Of a stretch of 64,000 nt of DNA, positions 23,334-35,189 are shown one piece after another; positions within the stretch are counted from its first letter, which is position 1, and each line of letters begins with the position of its first letter. This DNA is from Euglena gracilis. Lineage: Eukaryota. The position numbers and the translations under genes are program-made. The notes under the pieces were generated by a model. That model ran no database searches. It saw only the letters and a list, made by a program, of their open reading frames with translations, and was not told the origin of the DNA. The stretch lies in assembly GCA_039621445.1 (NCBI GenBank), contig CP154954.1:45673847-45737846 (forward strand), in the 5' to 3' direction.

Positions 23334-25482
23334 CAAAAATTGTTGTCATGAAAATTCGGCGACAGGTTGAGAGCTACCCTAGACTAGGTAGGTCTAGACT
23401 AGACTGGACTAGGCTAGGTAGGTCTAGGGGGGTACTCTACAACAGAAGAAACGTCTAGAGGTTGCCTTTGAGCAATACGACAGGGAGTGTTAGACGTCAC
23501 GGAAGACGACACGCTTTACACAAAAAAAGAGCCATACTTTGGTGGCCGCCGCAAATGATGGCAATGAAAATGGTACGCCAAACTGCAGGTGTCACACACC
23601 ACTTTCCTCAGCTCCACAGGATTTGTATTTTTGGGAATGGCAACAGCACAAAAAACACTTTTGTCCTGTTTTATAGGCAGTCGGGACACAACACGAGGCA
23701 GAGGGGGTTGGTCGGGGGGGGGGGGGGGGTGGGCGCATTGCAAAAAGGCAACACAACTCCCTTGGTCGTGGTTTTGCGGACTGCCCGAGCGACGGCATTC
23801 ACATATGCATGAAAAGAGGTTGCTGAACAATTCCCTGAAACGAACACACTTCTCGACTGCTGCGCACGTTGAGCCACACATTGTTCAATGACGCTCGCCT
23901 CATCGAACAACTGGCTGGGTTCCAGCTCCCATCCCGTCCAGGCAACAAAGAAAGCATCCAGCTCGGGATAAGATGCTTGCCGATGCTGACACAGTTTGGC
24001 GAACTCCAAACAGTTGGCAACAGCGGCAAGCTCAGCACCTACGGAGCTGGGCTTTTTCTTCGTGTTGCCCTGCAAGGTGCCATGTAGGGGGTCAACCTTC
24101 GGCTCCTTGGCATCTTGCTGGTATCCGCGAGAGCAGTCAGGAACAGCAGGGGGGGGGGATGCGCTGGACGGCCCTCGGAAAAAATGCGCAAATATGCGCA
24201 AAAAAATGCGAAAAAAAATGCGCTGAGTTTGTGGCATTCCTAAGGGAAAAAGGACTCAGAAAAATTTACAACACCCAAAATTAAACCAAAAGCAAACCCA
24301 AAATTAAACCAAAATCACCAAAAAGAGCTGAAATGAAGGCATTTTGCCAAAAAAAAATGCACGACCAAGGCGTCACTCTCCGTTCACCACAAGCCATGGT
24401 TGCCCCTTACTTGTGACCAGGGGAGTGGGATTCCCGCCTTGGTTACGTGTCAATGTGAAACCCCTGGTCTGTGAAACCCCTGGTGTCCTCATCGTCATTG
24501 GATGAGTACCCACACCTCATCACCCAAGGGTTTAAGGCGGGTCTCTTGGGTGGAAAAAAAATGCGAAAATGGGTTCGTTGGTCACAGAAATGGGTCAGTT
24601 GAACGTGGGCGAAATTTGGTGAGCATGTGATTTGGGTTGAAAATATGCAAAAATGGCAAAATGTGCAAAATTGGGTAAAAAATGCGCAAAAATGGAAAAT
24701 GTGCAAAATTGGCAAAAAAAATGCGCAAAAAAATGGAAAATGAAAATGTGCAAAAAAATGCGCAAAAATGCGCATTTCGAAAAATTGACAAAAATGCGCA
24801 AAAAAATGCGCAAAAATGCGGAAAAATGCGAAACGCATTCCCCCCCCCCTGGAACAGTTCCGTCCTGGGGGAGGTGGCAAAAGACCATTCACAAAGTTTG
24901 CCATGTGTTTAGCCATGGTTTGAATTGTATTGATTTCGATTGAATTTTTATGCGGTGACAAAATTTTCTCTTTGCCAAATCCACAAAAAGAAAAGCTGAA
25001 GTGATGAAGGCTCATTCATTGTATGAAAATTGAAAGTTCGATTCTCGGGTCATGTGGGGGTCACCGGGGGGGTCACGGGGGTTGCCCCCTATGACAGTGA
25101 GCTATTCCCATCCCCCAGCTCAGGGGGGGGGGACAGCTCGGGGGGCATGGTATTTTGGAATTCTTTTGACCATTTTTGGGCAGTCTTTGAACTCAGAAGC
25201 ACTCGAAGTGCTACTAAAGTTTTTCAACAAAATAAGAGTTCCTAAGAATGTTTGAAAATACCAATCCCCCCCTCTATTTGTCCCCCCCCCCCTAATGGCC
25301 AGAGCCCAGGTGGCCAATTGGGGGGGGGGGTACTCATTTCAAGGGAAAATGTCTTTATTCGGGTGTTTTATGGGGGTTCGCGACTGTAAAGGACGGGGTC
25401 CAGGTGGCCAATTGGGGGGGGGGAGGTTAGGGGTAACCCCTCTTGTCCCCCCCCCTAATTGGCCAGAAGGGGCGGTCCTAGG

Positions 25483-26879
25483 CGGTAGACTGGGGGGGGG
25501 GTCCTGGGTGGTCGGCCGACTAGTCGGTCGACCACCCAATTGGTCGGCCGACTAGGCCTGGTCGGCAGCTAGTCGGCGAGACAGGGGGGGGGGGGGGTGG
25601 GGGGACTAGTCGGCCGACCACCCACTCTAATGTAGTTACGGGCCAGTGTCGCCGACTTTTTATGAAGAAAATTGTATGCAAACTAGTCGGTGGCTAGTCG
25701 GTGGGCATAAAAATGGTCTGTGGCGGGTCCAAACCACCCAGAAATGGTCCGGATGGGGCCAAATAAGTGCCTTACACCAACAGGAACACCCTCAGATGGA
25801 AATTTTTGGTCAGTGGGGGGTCGGTGGGCCCTTGATGGGGTCCGGAGGGGTAAAAAACCAATGACGAAACAGGGATTACATGAAAATCCTTTAGAAATGC
25901 AAGCATTCTGCATCAGGACAGGCTGAAAACTCCCCCCTCCACCCCCACCCGAGCCCAGATAACAAAATCCCTTCTATGTTGGCAACATACTCGGGGGCTA
26001 AGTCGTTTTTGTGGCTCACTTTGGCATAGGCGGGGGGGGGGGGCTCCGCCCACCCCGCACCCCCCCCTCAAATACCGGTAACAAAATCCCTTCTATGTTG
26101 GCAACATACTCCGGGGCTAAGTCGTTTTTGTGGCTCACTTTGGCATACCATGCCCCCCCCATATAAGACCCCCCCTCGGGAGCCAAAATCCCAGGGGGGG
26201 GTCTTATATGGGGGGGGGGGTCTTGGGGGGGTGGGCCGGGGGCCGGCTTGGGGGGGGGGTCTTATATGGGGGGGGGGGTCTATATGGGGGGGGGGCGGTA
26301 GGTGGGGGGGCTCCGCCCACCCCGCACCCCCCCCCTCAAATAACAAAATCCCTTCTATGTTGGCAACATACTCCGGGGTTAAGTCGTTTTTGTGGCTCAC
26401 TTTGGCATAGGCGGGGGGGGCTCCGCCTCCCCCGCACCCCCCCCCAAATAACAAAATCCCTTCTATGTTGGCAATATACTTGGAGGGCTAAGTCCTTTTG
26501 TGCAAAATTTGACTTATATTGACTTATATACAACGGATAGAGGTGTTCTTTTGCCAAAAGTGGCCCAAAATGGACATTTTCCCCCATTTTTTTTGCATAT
26601 TCACCCCCGATTGGGGGGTTCTGGAGCCATTTGGGTGGGTTTTGACTGGTTTTGGGGTGATTTGGACAAAATTTTTTCTCAGGGGGGGGGCTTAAAAGTC
26701 GGCGAAACTGGCCCGTGACTACATTAGAGTGGGTGGTCGGCCGACTAGTCGGCCGACCACCCAGGACCCCCCCCCCTGTCTCGCCGACTAGCTGCCGACC
26801 AGGCCTAGTCGGCCGACCAATTGGGTGGTCGGCCGACTAGTCGGCCGACCACCCAGGACCCCCCCCCCCCAGTCTACCG
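25483..26879. mobile_element. Long-TIR non-autonomous element with an internal ~110-bp repeat
   Basis: ~170-bp inverted termini rich in GGCCGACTAGTCGG; internal AACAAAATCCCTTCTATGTTGGCAA x4; TSD not identified. Confidence 0.6.
26148..26298. mobile_element. TA-flanked MITE nested in the internal repeat
   Basis: TTGGCATA|CCATGCCCC..ATATA ... TATATGGGG..GCGG|TA. Neighbouring uninterrupted units read TTGGCATAGGCGG. Confidence 0.8.
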
Positions 26880-28057
26880 TTTGCCACTAGAAGGGGCGGC
26901 CAAATAGAGGGGGGGGGGGGGTTGGTATGGGGGTGATTCAGGACGCGGGGGGGGGGGGGGACGGAACTGTGGCCCAAATGCCCCCGTGTATTCTTTGGTC
27001 ACAACCGGACAGAGGTGGAGGCCGACATAAAAACCTCCACCTCTATCTGAACCACCTCTACCTCTACCTCTGCCTCTACCTCTATGTCACCTCTATGCAG
27101 GGCTGCATAGAGGAAGAGGTAGAGGTCAAAGGCCTCTACCTCTATGTCAACCACCTCTACCTCTACCTCTACCTCTATGTCACCTCTATGTCTGTAAAAT
27201 GTACCAAAATAGCCTCAAGAAGGGTCATAAAACACCCCATCTGCTCGGAAAATGGCAATTTTGCATGAAAACGCATGCAAAACGGCGAGGGGATGAGAAA
27301 CAATTTGTGGGTTGGTGGTTTTGAAAGTTGTTGGCGCAGTTATGTGACCACATTGAGCAATTCTGAAAACCTTTCATGTATTTCCCCTTTGCTTGCAAAA
27401 AAATTCCTTTATTGAAGGGGGCAGATTTTTTTCCATTTATGGGGGGGCTGACTTTTTTAAATATAGGGGGGGCTGACTTTCTAAATTTAGGGAGGGGGCT
27501 GGCTTTTTTTGTTTACGGGGGGGCTGACTTTTTTGTTTACGGGGGGGGGGGGCTGACTTTTTAAATATAGGGGGGAGGGCTGACTTTTTCTGGTTTACGG
27601 GGGGCTGACTTTTTTTTGGTTTACGGGGGGCTGAATTTTTTTGTTCACAGGGGGGGGGGCTGACTTTTTTAATATAGGGGGGGGGCTGACTTTTTCTGGT
27701 TTACGGGGGGGCTGACTTTTTAAATTTGGGGGGGGGGCTGACTGGCTGAATGGCTCCTCCTGGGGTTTTTGCAGCCAACTGGTGGGCAGCTGGTGGCCTA
27801 TGCGGCTGGCACGTTGGACTTGTGACACTTGGAAAGAGGGCTGCCCACAGCGTGATTTGCAGGCAAATTGGCGTTTATCTTCCGCTTCCTGGGGCGCAGT
27901 CAGGGATGACGTTTATTTGTCGGGAACCGGTTTCCGAGGTGTTTTATTGTCGAAGAGCAAAAATACATGTAGATTACGGTCGAAATGAGATCGCGAGTTA
28001 AGCTTTTGCAAAGCCTAATTTATATCTCTTTCTCTCTCTCTCTCTCATGTCTCCAAA

Positions 28058-28680
28058 ATGCCTTCGCTACATGGCGGGAGAAATTTACATTGTGTTTGGT
28101 CCTGCTACAATGATCCTATGAAAGTACCTGGTCGTCGTGGGATGTACCGCACCTGCAAGGGATGTGGCAAGGGAATACCGACCACTACGATGCATCGTGC
28201 ACTCGCCCACGCAGACCACTGCCAGGCCCTGAAGGCGATGGGATTGTGGGGTGGCGGCCACCAGCAGACTCTACTTGGTGTGGTTGTGCAGTCGCCCAAG
28301 AAGGAGAATGTGGAATTGAATGAGGTCATTGGGAAGTTCTTCTTCTCCCAGAACATACCCTTCGCCGCCATCGACAACCCGTACTTCCGGCAGCTGTTAG
28401 GTATCCTCCGACCTGGTTTTGTGCCATGCCGCAGAGAGACACTGGCTGGGAGTGTATTGGAAACACTTTATGAAAAGCAAGTTGAACGGTTGAGTTGGGA
28501 GTTGAAAGATCAGTGGGTCACCATGACAGTGGATGGCTGGTCTGGGCCTGTCCCTGTTGTGGGTGTGACACTGGCTGACCACCTGGTTGGAGTGGTGGAG
28601 ACCACTGGCCTCAGCCACACAGCCCAAACCCTGACCTCCCTGGTGGAGGAGTACCTGGAGCTGGCCACAGCCAAATTTTC
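28058..28680 (+). pseudogene. hAT-superfamily transposase, N-terminal fragment (BED finger to first catalytic Asp)
   Basis: CKGC...HADHC BED-like finger; FFFSQNIPFAAIDNPYFRQLL..LRPGF.P..R..L; TMTVDGWS. Similarity is lost after about 28680. Confidence 0.85.
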
Positions 28681-30404
28681 CAGAAACCATTTGTGGGTTC
28701 GATTGCGAGCACATTTTTTAATCAGAAATGTCAAACCCACCATGCCATTCAGATTTGTTCCTCCCCCCCCCCAGATGTGTGAACTGGAACTTTGAATTTT
28801 GAGCACATTTTTTTAAGCAGAAATGTCACAACCACCATGCCATTCAGATTTGGTCCAGCCCCCCCCCCAAGTTGTGAAGAAGAACTCTGCTCCCAGCAGA
28901 GCTGGCGCGGCTGGGTATGCGGCTGGGGGCCTGCCAGCCGGGGGGGGGTCCCGCGCCACCCTGGGTGGGTGGGGGGGACCCTCCCCCCCCCCCGGGGGTC
29001 TTGAAAAGAAGCCTGGTGGGTGGGTGGGTCCGGTCTGGCCTATCTCCCTCCGGCCTGTCCTTGGGCCTAGCGTATGACTTCAGCACATGCTGGCAAGCTG
29101 ACAGTGCTGAACATGGGTCTGAAGAAAGTTATGGGTTCACACTGAGACTTCTCCAGGTTCGGTTCGTGGTTTGAGTTATTTTTCTGCCCCCCCCCCGAGA
29201 ATTTTTCAAAAAAATTGCGTTTTCGTGGTTTTTCAGCCATTTTTTTGAGCGTCCCTGCCCCCCCCCCCCGAGACTGGCCGATTGGCTAGCCTGTCCCCCG
29301 GGGTCCTTAAGCAGAAGCCTGGCCCCCCCCACCAGAAAATTTTCAAATATTGCGTTTTCAGCTTTTAGTGGTTTTTCATCCATTTTTTTGTTGGTCCCCC
29401 GCCCCCCCCCCTCCAGGAGGCCCCAATTTTTGGAATATTTTTTAATTATTACGGTTTTTTTAAAAAAAACTTTGCCCCGATCTAAAACAAATCCCCCAAG
29501 AGAGGCCTTCTGTCAGTTTCCAGAAGATCGTTTTGCGGACGACTGGGACACCCTTCCGTGAGTTTCGTCCAGACGGACGGACTGTATAACCGTCATTTAT
29601 AACGTTCACGGACTTTCCCGCTCCGGTGCGGGTGGCTGTGGCATCCTCCACAGCCTGTCTATTCTGACTCGGTGGTTCTTCTTTTTTCACTGCCCCATTC
29701 ATCTTCAGTGGCTGTCGGTGTTGTATTGCAGAAAGCTCTTTTCACTCGTGACTTGAGGCCATTTTCACCCATTCCAATTCTTCAGTAGCATTTTCGGTGT
29801 CCAAATCAGGGTTTTTTTTTGTCTTGTCTCCTCCCGCCTTCAAAAAATGTGGTTCTGCGTGTTTCTGCATGAAACACAGGGGGCAAAGTAAACACGAAGA
29901 ACCGACCAGTTTGCAGTTCTGTGTCCATCGACACTTTGCCTCATCGGAACACCGCATTCCCAAACAAGCCAGTCAAAGGAAGTCCCTTCCTTCTGCATGC
30001 CACAATCCTGGAAAGGTAAAAAAGGCACTTTTCTGAGTTTGCATCATTGCGTCCTTTCTGGGCGAAGAAAAGGTTCCATAAAAAGTGCATCCATGGGGAG
30101 ACTGAGGCACCGGTCTCCAGTTTCTGCAGAGATGAAAAACATTTCTTTACACATCAGGAAGTCGAAGGTCAGGGGGGCGGTGTCGACGGGACTGCGGGAC
30201 GACGTCCAGACTGGTTTTCGGCGGTGGCTGTCGGCTCGCTGTCGGGAATGTCGGCCCGCCGCAATTCATTTTGTCGGCTTGAAGAAAAACGATGTATAAA
30301 AACGACCTGTTTAAAAAGGACCCGTCTACCCTGGGCGCAGTTATAGCGATTCTGACTCAGACTGATCCGCTCTTTTCATGCCTTTGACCTTGCGCGAGAG
30401 GGTG

Positions 30405-30561
30405 GGGGCGAAGGAAATTAAAAACAAAAAAACAACTTTTTTTTGAAAAAAATGGCGGGGGGCGGCGAAGGTAAAAAAGACAGGTTTTTTCAAAAAAACG
30501 GGTTTTTTTCGAAAAAAAACGTGTTTTAAAACGATCGGTTAGAAAACGAGGGCCATCCCTG
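30405..30561 (-). mobile_element. Terminus of the same hAT family as 52194..53453
   Basis: Reverse complement of CAGGGATGGCCCTCGTTTTCTAACCGATCGTTTTAAAACACG... Confidence 0.75.
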
Positions 30562-31016
30562 CCCCCAAGGGTGTGTTTTTGTGGACTGGACACACACACG
30601 GGGGGGTCGGCACGCCGTGGCGAGCCGTCCGGCTTGGGGGGGGGGGGGGAAGGGGGTTTTTTGGCGTGGCAAGGGGGTCCCGGATGGGGGGGGGAGGGGT
30701 GCGCGGGAGTTTTCCAAGAAAATTTTCTTTGGCGCAGCTGACATGGCGTGGCGAGGAGGGGGGGTAAAATGGCGCGGCGAGGGGGTCGGTGAGGGGGGGG
30801 GAGGGGTGTGCCGACCCCCCACGGATGTGAACACCCGTGCGAGAGAGTTGAAATAGCCCCGGAAGGCAGGTTTGCCTCGAAACTGAACGTCGTAACCCAC
30901 CAACCCTCAATTCAACGATAGTCATTCGAGCTGGGGGGGGTTGCAATCAGCGTGGGCCTCGTCTTTTATAGCATTTAAAAACACTCAAAACATTTTTGCA
31001 GACCTGGTTGTGCGAT

Positions 31017-31127
31017 GTGTGGCACAAATCTGGCCACCAGCTGTGGCACAAAACTGGCCACCAGCTGTGGCCCAAAGCTGGCCACCAGCTGTGGCACAAA
31101 ACTGGCCACCACATGTGGCCCAAAACT
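31017..31127. repeat. 24-bp tandem repeat
   Basis: TGTGGCACAAAACTGGCCACCAGC x~4.5. Related degenerate arrays at about 52550-52980, 59620-59690 and 62080-62150. Confidence 0.8.
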
Positions 31128-31597
31128 AGGGATTTTTTTGGACAAGGACATTTGTTGAACATCAGAAAAAGAAGGCAACAAACAAACAAAAACAAGACTC
31201 ACGCCAATTGAAGCGTGCTGACTGAATAAACATACTCCAGGTAACATGGATTCAGGCGATAAATATACTGGTCGTAGAAGTCCTTCAGCAGCACACCACA
31301 GCAAACACCAACCTTGACTTCAACTCAAAATTGTCCACTTAAAACCAGAAATCCAAACTTGTCCTTTCATGTGGGTTCTCTTACGTAAACCGTTCGTTTA
31401 GTCGGTGGCCGCCTGTCATTCCTGTCATATGGAGTATGTACCAGTAGGCTGCGCCACTGGTCGGTGGATTCGGTTCGCCCCACCACCGTTTTTTAACTGG
31501 TTGTCATATGGAGAGGGTGAAATTAGGGTTATAGCGTTCTTCGTTGTAATTCGCCCGCGGGGAATCCTTAATTGCCTGGTGGGAAGTGTTTTTCTGT

Positions 31598-31623
31598 TCT
31601 TTCTGAGTGTCTGTTTTTTTTCG
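31598..31623 (+). other. Euglenid spliced-leader exon copy at the 5' end of retroelement copy 1
   Basis: TCTTTCTGAGTGTCTGTTTTTTTTCG matches the Euglena gracilis SL (ACTTTCTGAGTGTCTATTTTTTTTCG, from memory) at 24/26. It is followed by TCTCC rather than a GT donor. Confidence 0.85.
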
Positions 31624-31855
31624 TCTCCACACGTGCTCATGGCCTGAAAGCCCCGAGTGGGGTCTGAAGTTCAGAAGTACAATTGCCATCAGCAAGCAAC
31701 CCCAAGGTTTGAAGAGTGGATTTGAACTACCTGAAGTTCCAACCTACAACTCAAAAGTGCAAATCCGAGATACAGTACAGTACATACAGACACTGGAGTG
31801 GTTCATCTCCTTGAGGATGCAGTAGCAGCACAACATCATCATCTGCACCAGTTGG

Positions 31856-34524
31856 ATGGAAGTATTATCCCTGTTTCACTATACTTTGCTGTACCACCTG
31901 TGCTGTAACATAGCGTTCACAGTTCCAACCTGCACTGTGGCCCCAGGGCCTTATAAACATTTCACAGAGTTGGCCCCAGGGCCCAAGACTTCAGCCATGA
32001 TGCTGTCCAATTTTGCCCCAGGGCTCAACACATTTCAAGCCAAAACTGGCACAGGAGAGTTTTTCACAAATGTGGCCCCAGGGCCCCAGACTTTTGCCAT
32101 GATGCTGTCAAATTTTGCCACAGGGATCAACACATTTCCAACCAAATGTGGCACAGAAAAGATTTTCACAAATGTCGCCCCAGGGCCCAAGGCTTTTGCC
32201 ATGATGCTGTCAAATTTTGCCACAGGGATCAACACACTTCCAACCAAATGTGGCACAGAAAATTTTTTCACAGATGTGGCCCAAGGGCCCAAGGCTCCAG
32301 CCAAGATGCTGTCCAATTCTGCCCCAGGGCTCAACACATTCCAAGCCAAAACTGGCACAGAAATGTTTTTCAGAGATGTGGCCAAAGGGCCCAAGGCTCC
32401 AGCCAAGACGCTGTCCAATTCTGCCCCAGGGCTCAACACTTTCCAAGCCAAAACTGGCACGGAAATGTTTTTCAGAGATGGGGCCCCAGGGCCCGAGGTT
32501 TCAGCCAAGATGCTGTCAAATTTTGCCCCAGGGCACATCATATTTCCAGCCAAAACAGGCACGGAAGCAGAAAAGTTTTTCAAAGGTGTGGCCCGAAGGC
32601 CCGAAGCTTTTGTCAGGATGCTGTGGAATGTGGCCCCAGGGCACGACAGCCACGGACGGCAACCAAACAGGCTGAATATCACAGCAAAAGACCAGGAAAA
32701 AACACGGTCTGAGTACAGTCCCCCCCGTCATGGCAGGGGCGAAAGCCTTGCCATTTGTGGGGATATTGAAAGCAACCCAGGGCCCACAGAAACCCGCCCT
32801 CCCCAGCAAGAGGACGTTGAAATGGCCTCCGCCTCGCAGAGCTCTGCGTCGCCGCCGACGGAGCAGCCACTCCTCGGATCTTGGTTTCCAATGCACTCGA
32901 CGCCGCTGTTCTCGCCTGCTTTGCCCCAGGCTATAATGCCGCTTCCCATTTTGAACGGGGGCCCCAGGACACCTTCAGCAGAAAAAACCATGGTCATTGA
33001 CGAACTAGAGTCCCGGGTGCGCTCAGCGATTTCCGAAATTCACGGGTGTGGGCCACAGGGCCACGGGTTAATCGGGAATTTTGCGCCATCTCCACCACAA
33101 GGGCAGGAGCAGGAGCGCCTAAATGGTCGAAGACAGCAGCCCCCCGTGGCTCCAGCACCAGCGCAATCCTCGACGAGCGCTGATCCGCTGCAAGTCACTC
33201 CCTTCTCGCAACCTTGCCCACCACTGCAACCATCCTAGGAAGAGATTTCCCAAGACACTCGGGGCACCTTGGTCCATATCCCACGGGGAGCTTTGCAAAA
33301 CGTTGGGCTCGCCTTTTGCGGCATCCTCAGTCGCTTTGTGTCAAAGCCAGGTTGGGAGACCCTGCACGCACTTTGATGCTTCCCAAAAGCTGTGCTTGCT
33401 CCATTGAAGCGGAGCGGGAAAAGCCATTGGGCTGCAGTTGGACGGAAAATTACCGACAGGGCCAATGCCTACCTCAACCGGTCCACAGAAGATTCGTGGA
33501 ATGAGACGCGCCAAATCCGCGCTGCACAAAACCCAAAGAAGAGAACACGAAGTCAGACAAAAAATTTCGACGCTGAAAGCCAAGAAAGGTTGTGCAACCG
33601 TGTTCAAAGCCTTGTCAGCCATGGGGCGGTCAGCAAAGCCTGCCGCATGCTGACTTCTGATGGAATCCAAGATGCAGATGACCCACTGATCTTGGAACGG
33701 TTGGCTGCCTTGCACCCTCCTGAACCCCAACCTGGAAGGCAAAATTTGCCTCCGGACTTCCCGCGCCTCGAATTCGACCTGAGTGAAGATGCAACCAGGG
33801 AGCGCTTAATTGAAATACGGAAAGCAGTCATGTCTTTCCCGAAGGAATCCTCGCCAGGACCGTCTGGACTTCGGCCAGATCATCTTAAAGACATGCTCTC
33901 TGATCCTCTGGGGACACAATCAGATCAACTCCTCACAATTCTGGACCAATTCGTCCGAACATGTTTGACCAACGGAATCCACAACTCTGCGGCTTGGATT
34001 TTCGCTGGTGCCCGTCTGACTCCTCTTCGAAAACCCTGCAATCCAAGCGAAAACCTCGATGAGCTTGGCAATACCAACGCCATTCCTGACCCAAAGAAGG
34101 ATGGCACGCGACCAATTGCAGCTGGGGAATGCCTGCGCCGATTGGTGGGCAAATATTTGATGAGACACCCCAAAATCGGGGACCGCCTAAAAGAACTGCA
34201 GCCACTACAATGCGGTGTAGGGGTCCAGGGGGCATGTGAACTCATTGCCATGGGACTGCAGCAAGAAGTAAATCACCTGCATATGCAACAAGACAACACC
34301 TGGGCTTTGCTACAGGTAGATTTCAGCAATGCTTTTAATTGCGTAAAAAGAAAGACAGTCCTTGCTGAAGTGGCCAAACGCTGCCCGGAGGCGTATGTTT
34401 GGTTCGAGAGCTGCTACGCCGAACACAGCCCGCTCTTTTGTGGGTCATCACACCTTCGCAGTGCTTCTGGTGAACAACAAGGTGACCCTTGTGGCCCAGC
34501 CGGATTCGCCTTGGCGTTACAATC
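31856..34524 (+). pseudogene. Copy 1 polyprotein, 5' part (34-aa repeats, 2A-like motif, RT N-terminal half)
   Basis: One reading frame with two nonsense codons; GRGESLAICGDIESNPGP at 32732..32785. Confidence 0.85.
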
Positions 34525-34714
34525 TGGACGTCTCAGAATATTCTTTTGTTTTTATTGAAATCCTCGGATTCCCAATTTTCCTTGATGTCCCAATTGTTCC
34601 CAAAGACGTAACACAATCAATGAAAAGACATAACCAGAGCCAGCAGTCTGCACAGAGGAAAGGTTCGAATTAGGAATACAAAGTTCGGTTCAGGCGGTTA
34701 GTAAATAGTCCGCA
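34525..34714 (-). repeat. 3' LTR
   Basis: Two substitutions versus 43412..43601 by eye (188/190). Confidence 0.95.
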
Positions 34715-35189
34715 CACGCCCCCCATGCCGGAGGACGCGGCGCCACAGGCACAGGACGAAACGGCATCACACCACAAACAAAATGGCTTTACTATGGTTC
34801 AAGCACGAATGAATGGTGTTCAACACGAATTGTCCACAAAAAAGGTGCAGAACGACAAATGTCAACACAAAGGAAGGTAAAAGAGGTTACTTCCGACGTT
34901 CACCGTGGTCCCTTCACTTCGTGGTTGGCTTGCCGTTCAAAGGTAACACAAACCTGGGCGAAACTCCTCACATCAATGGCAGGTTTGTGACTGAAAGCCT
35001 TCAAAGGTTAGACAACAATCCACCCATGGCGAGGCGGGTTGGTGTCTCCTGACCCGAAAAACCATCCAAAAGGCCCCCTGGGGGGCTTGACTTTCCTCCC
35101 GCGTGACTGAAAGCACGATCAAAACATTTGGGGGGAGGCCAGGCTGTCTCTTGAGATGCCAACCCCCATTCACATTCTGAAACGTCGCA

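Noticed and set aside
31441-31488. HDV-like or hammerhead ribozyme at the retroelement 5' end
   Set aside because: Two simple hairpins are possible, but I could not build the nested pseudoknot or find the CUGAnGA/GAAA core.
31598-31623. Functional SL RNA gene (also 47483..47502)
   Set aside because: The exon is not followed by a GT donor or recognisable SL intron, and no tandem SL/5S unit is visible.
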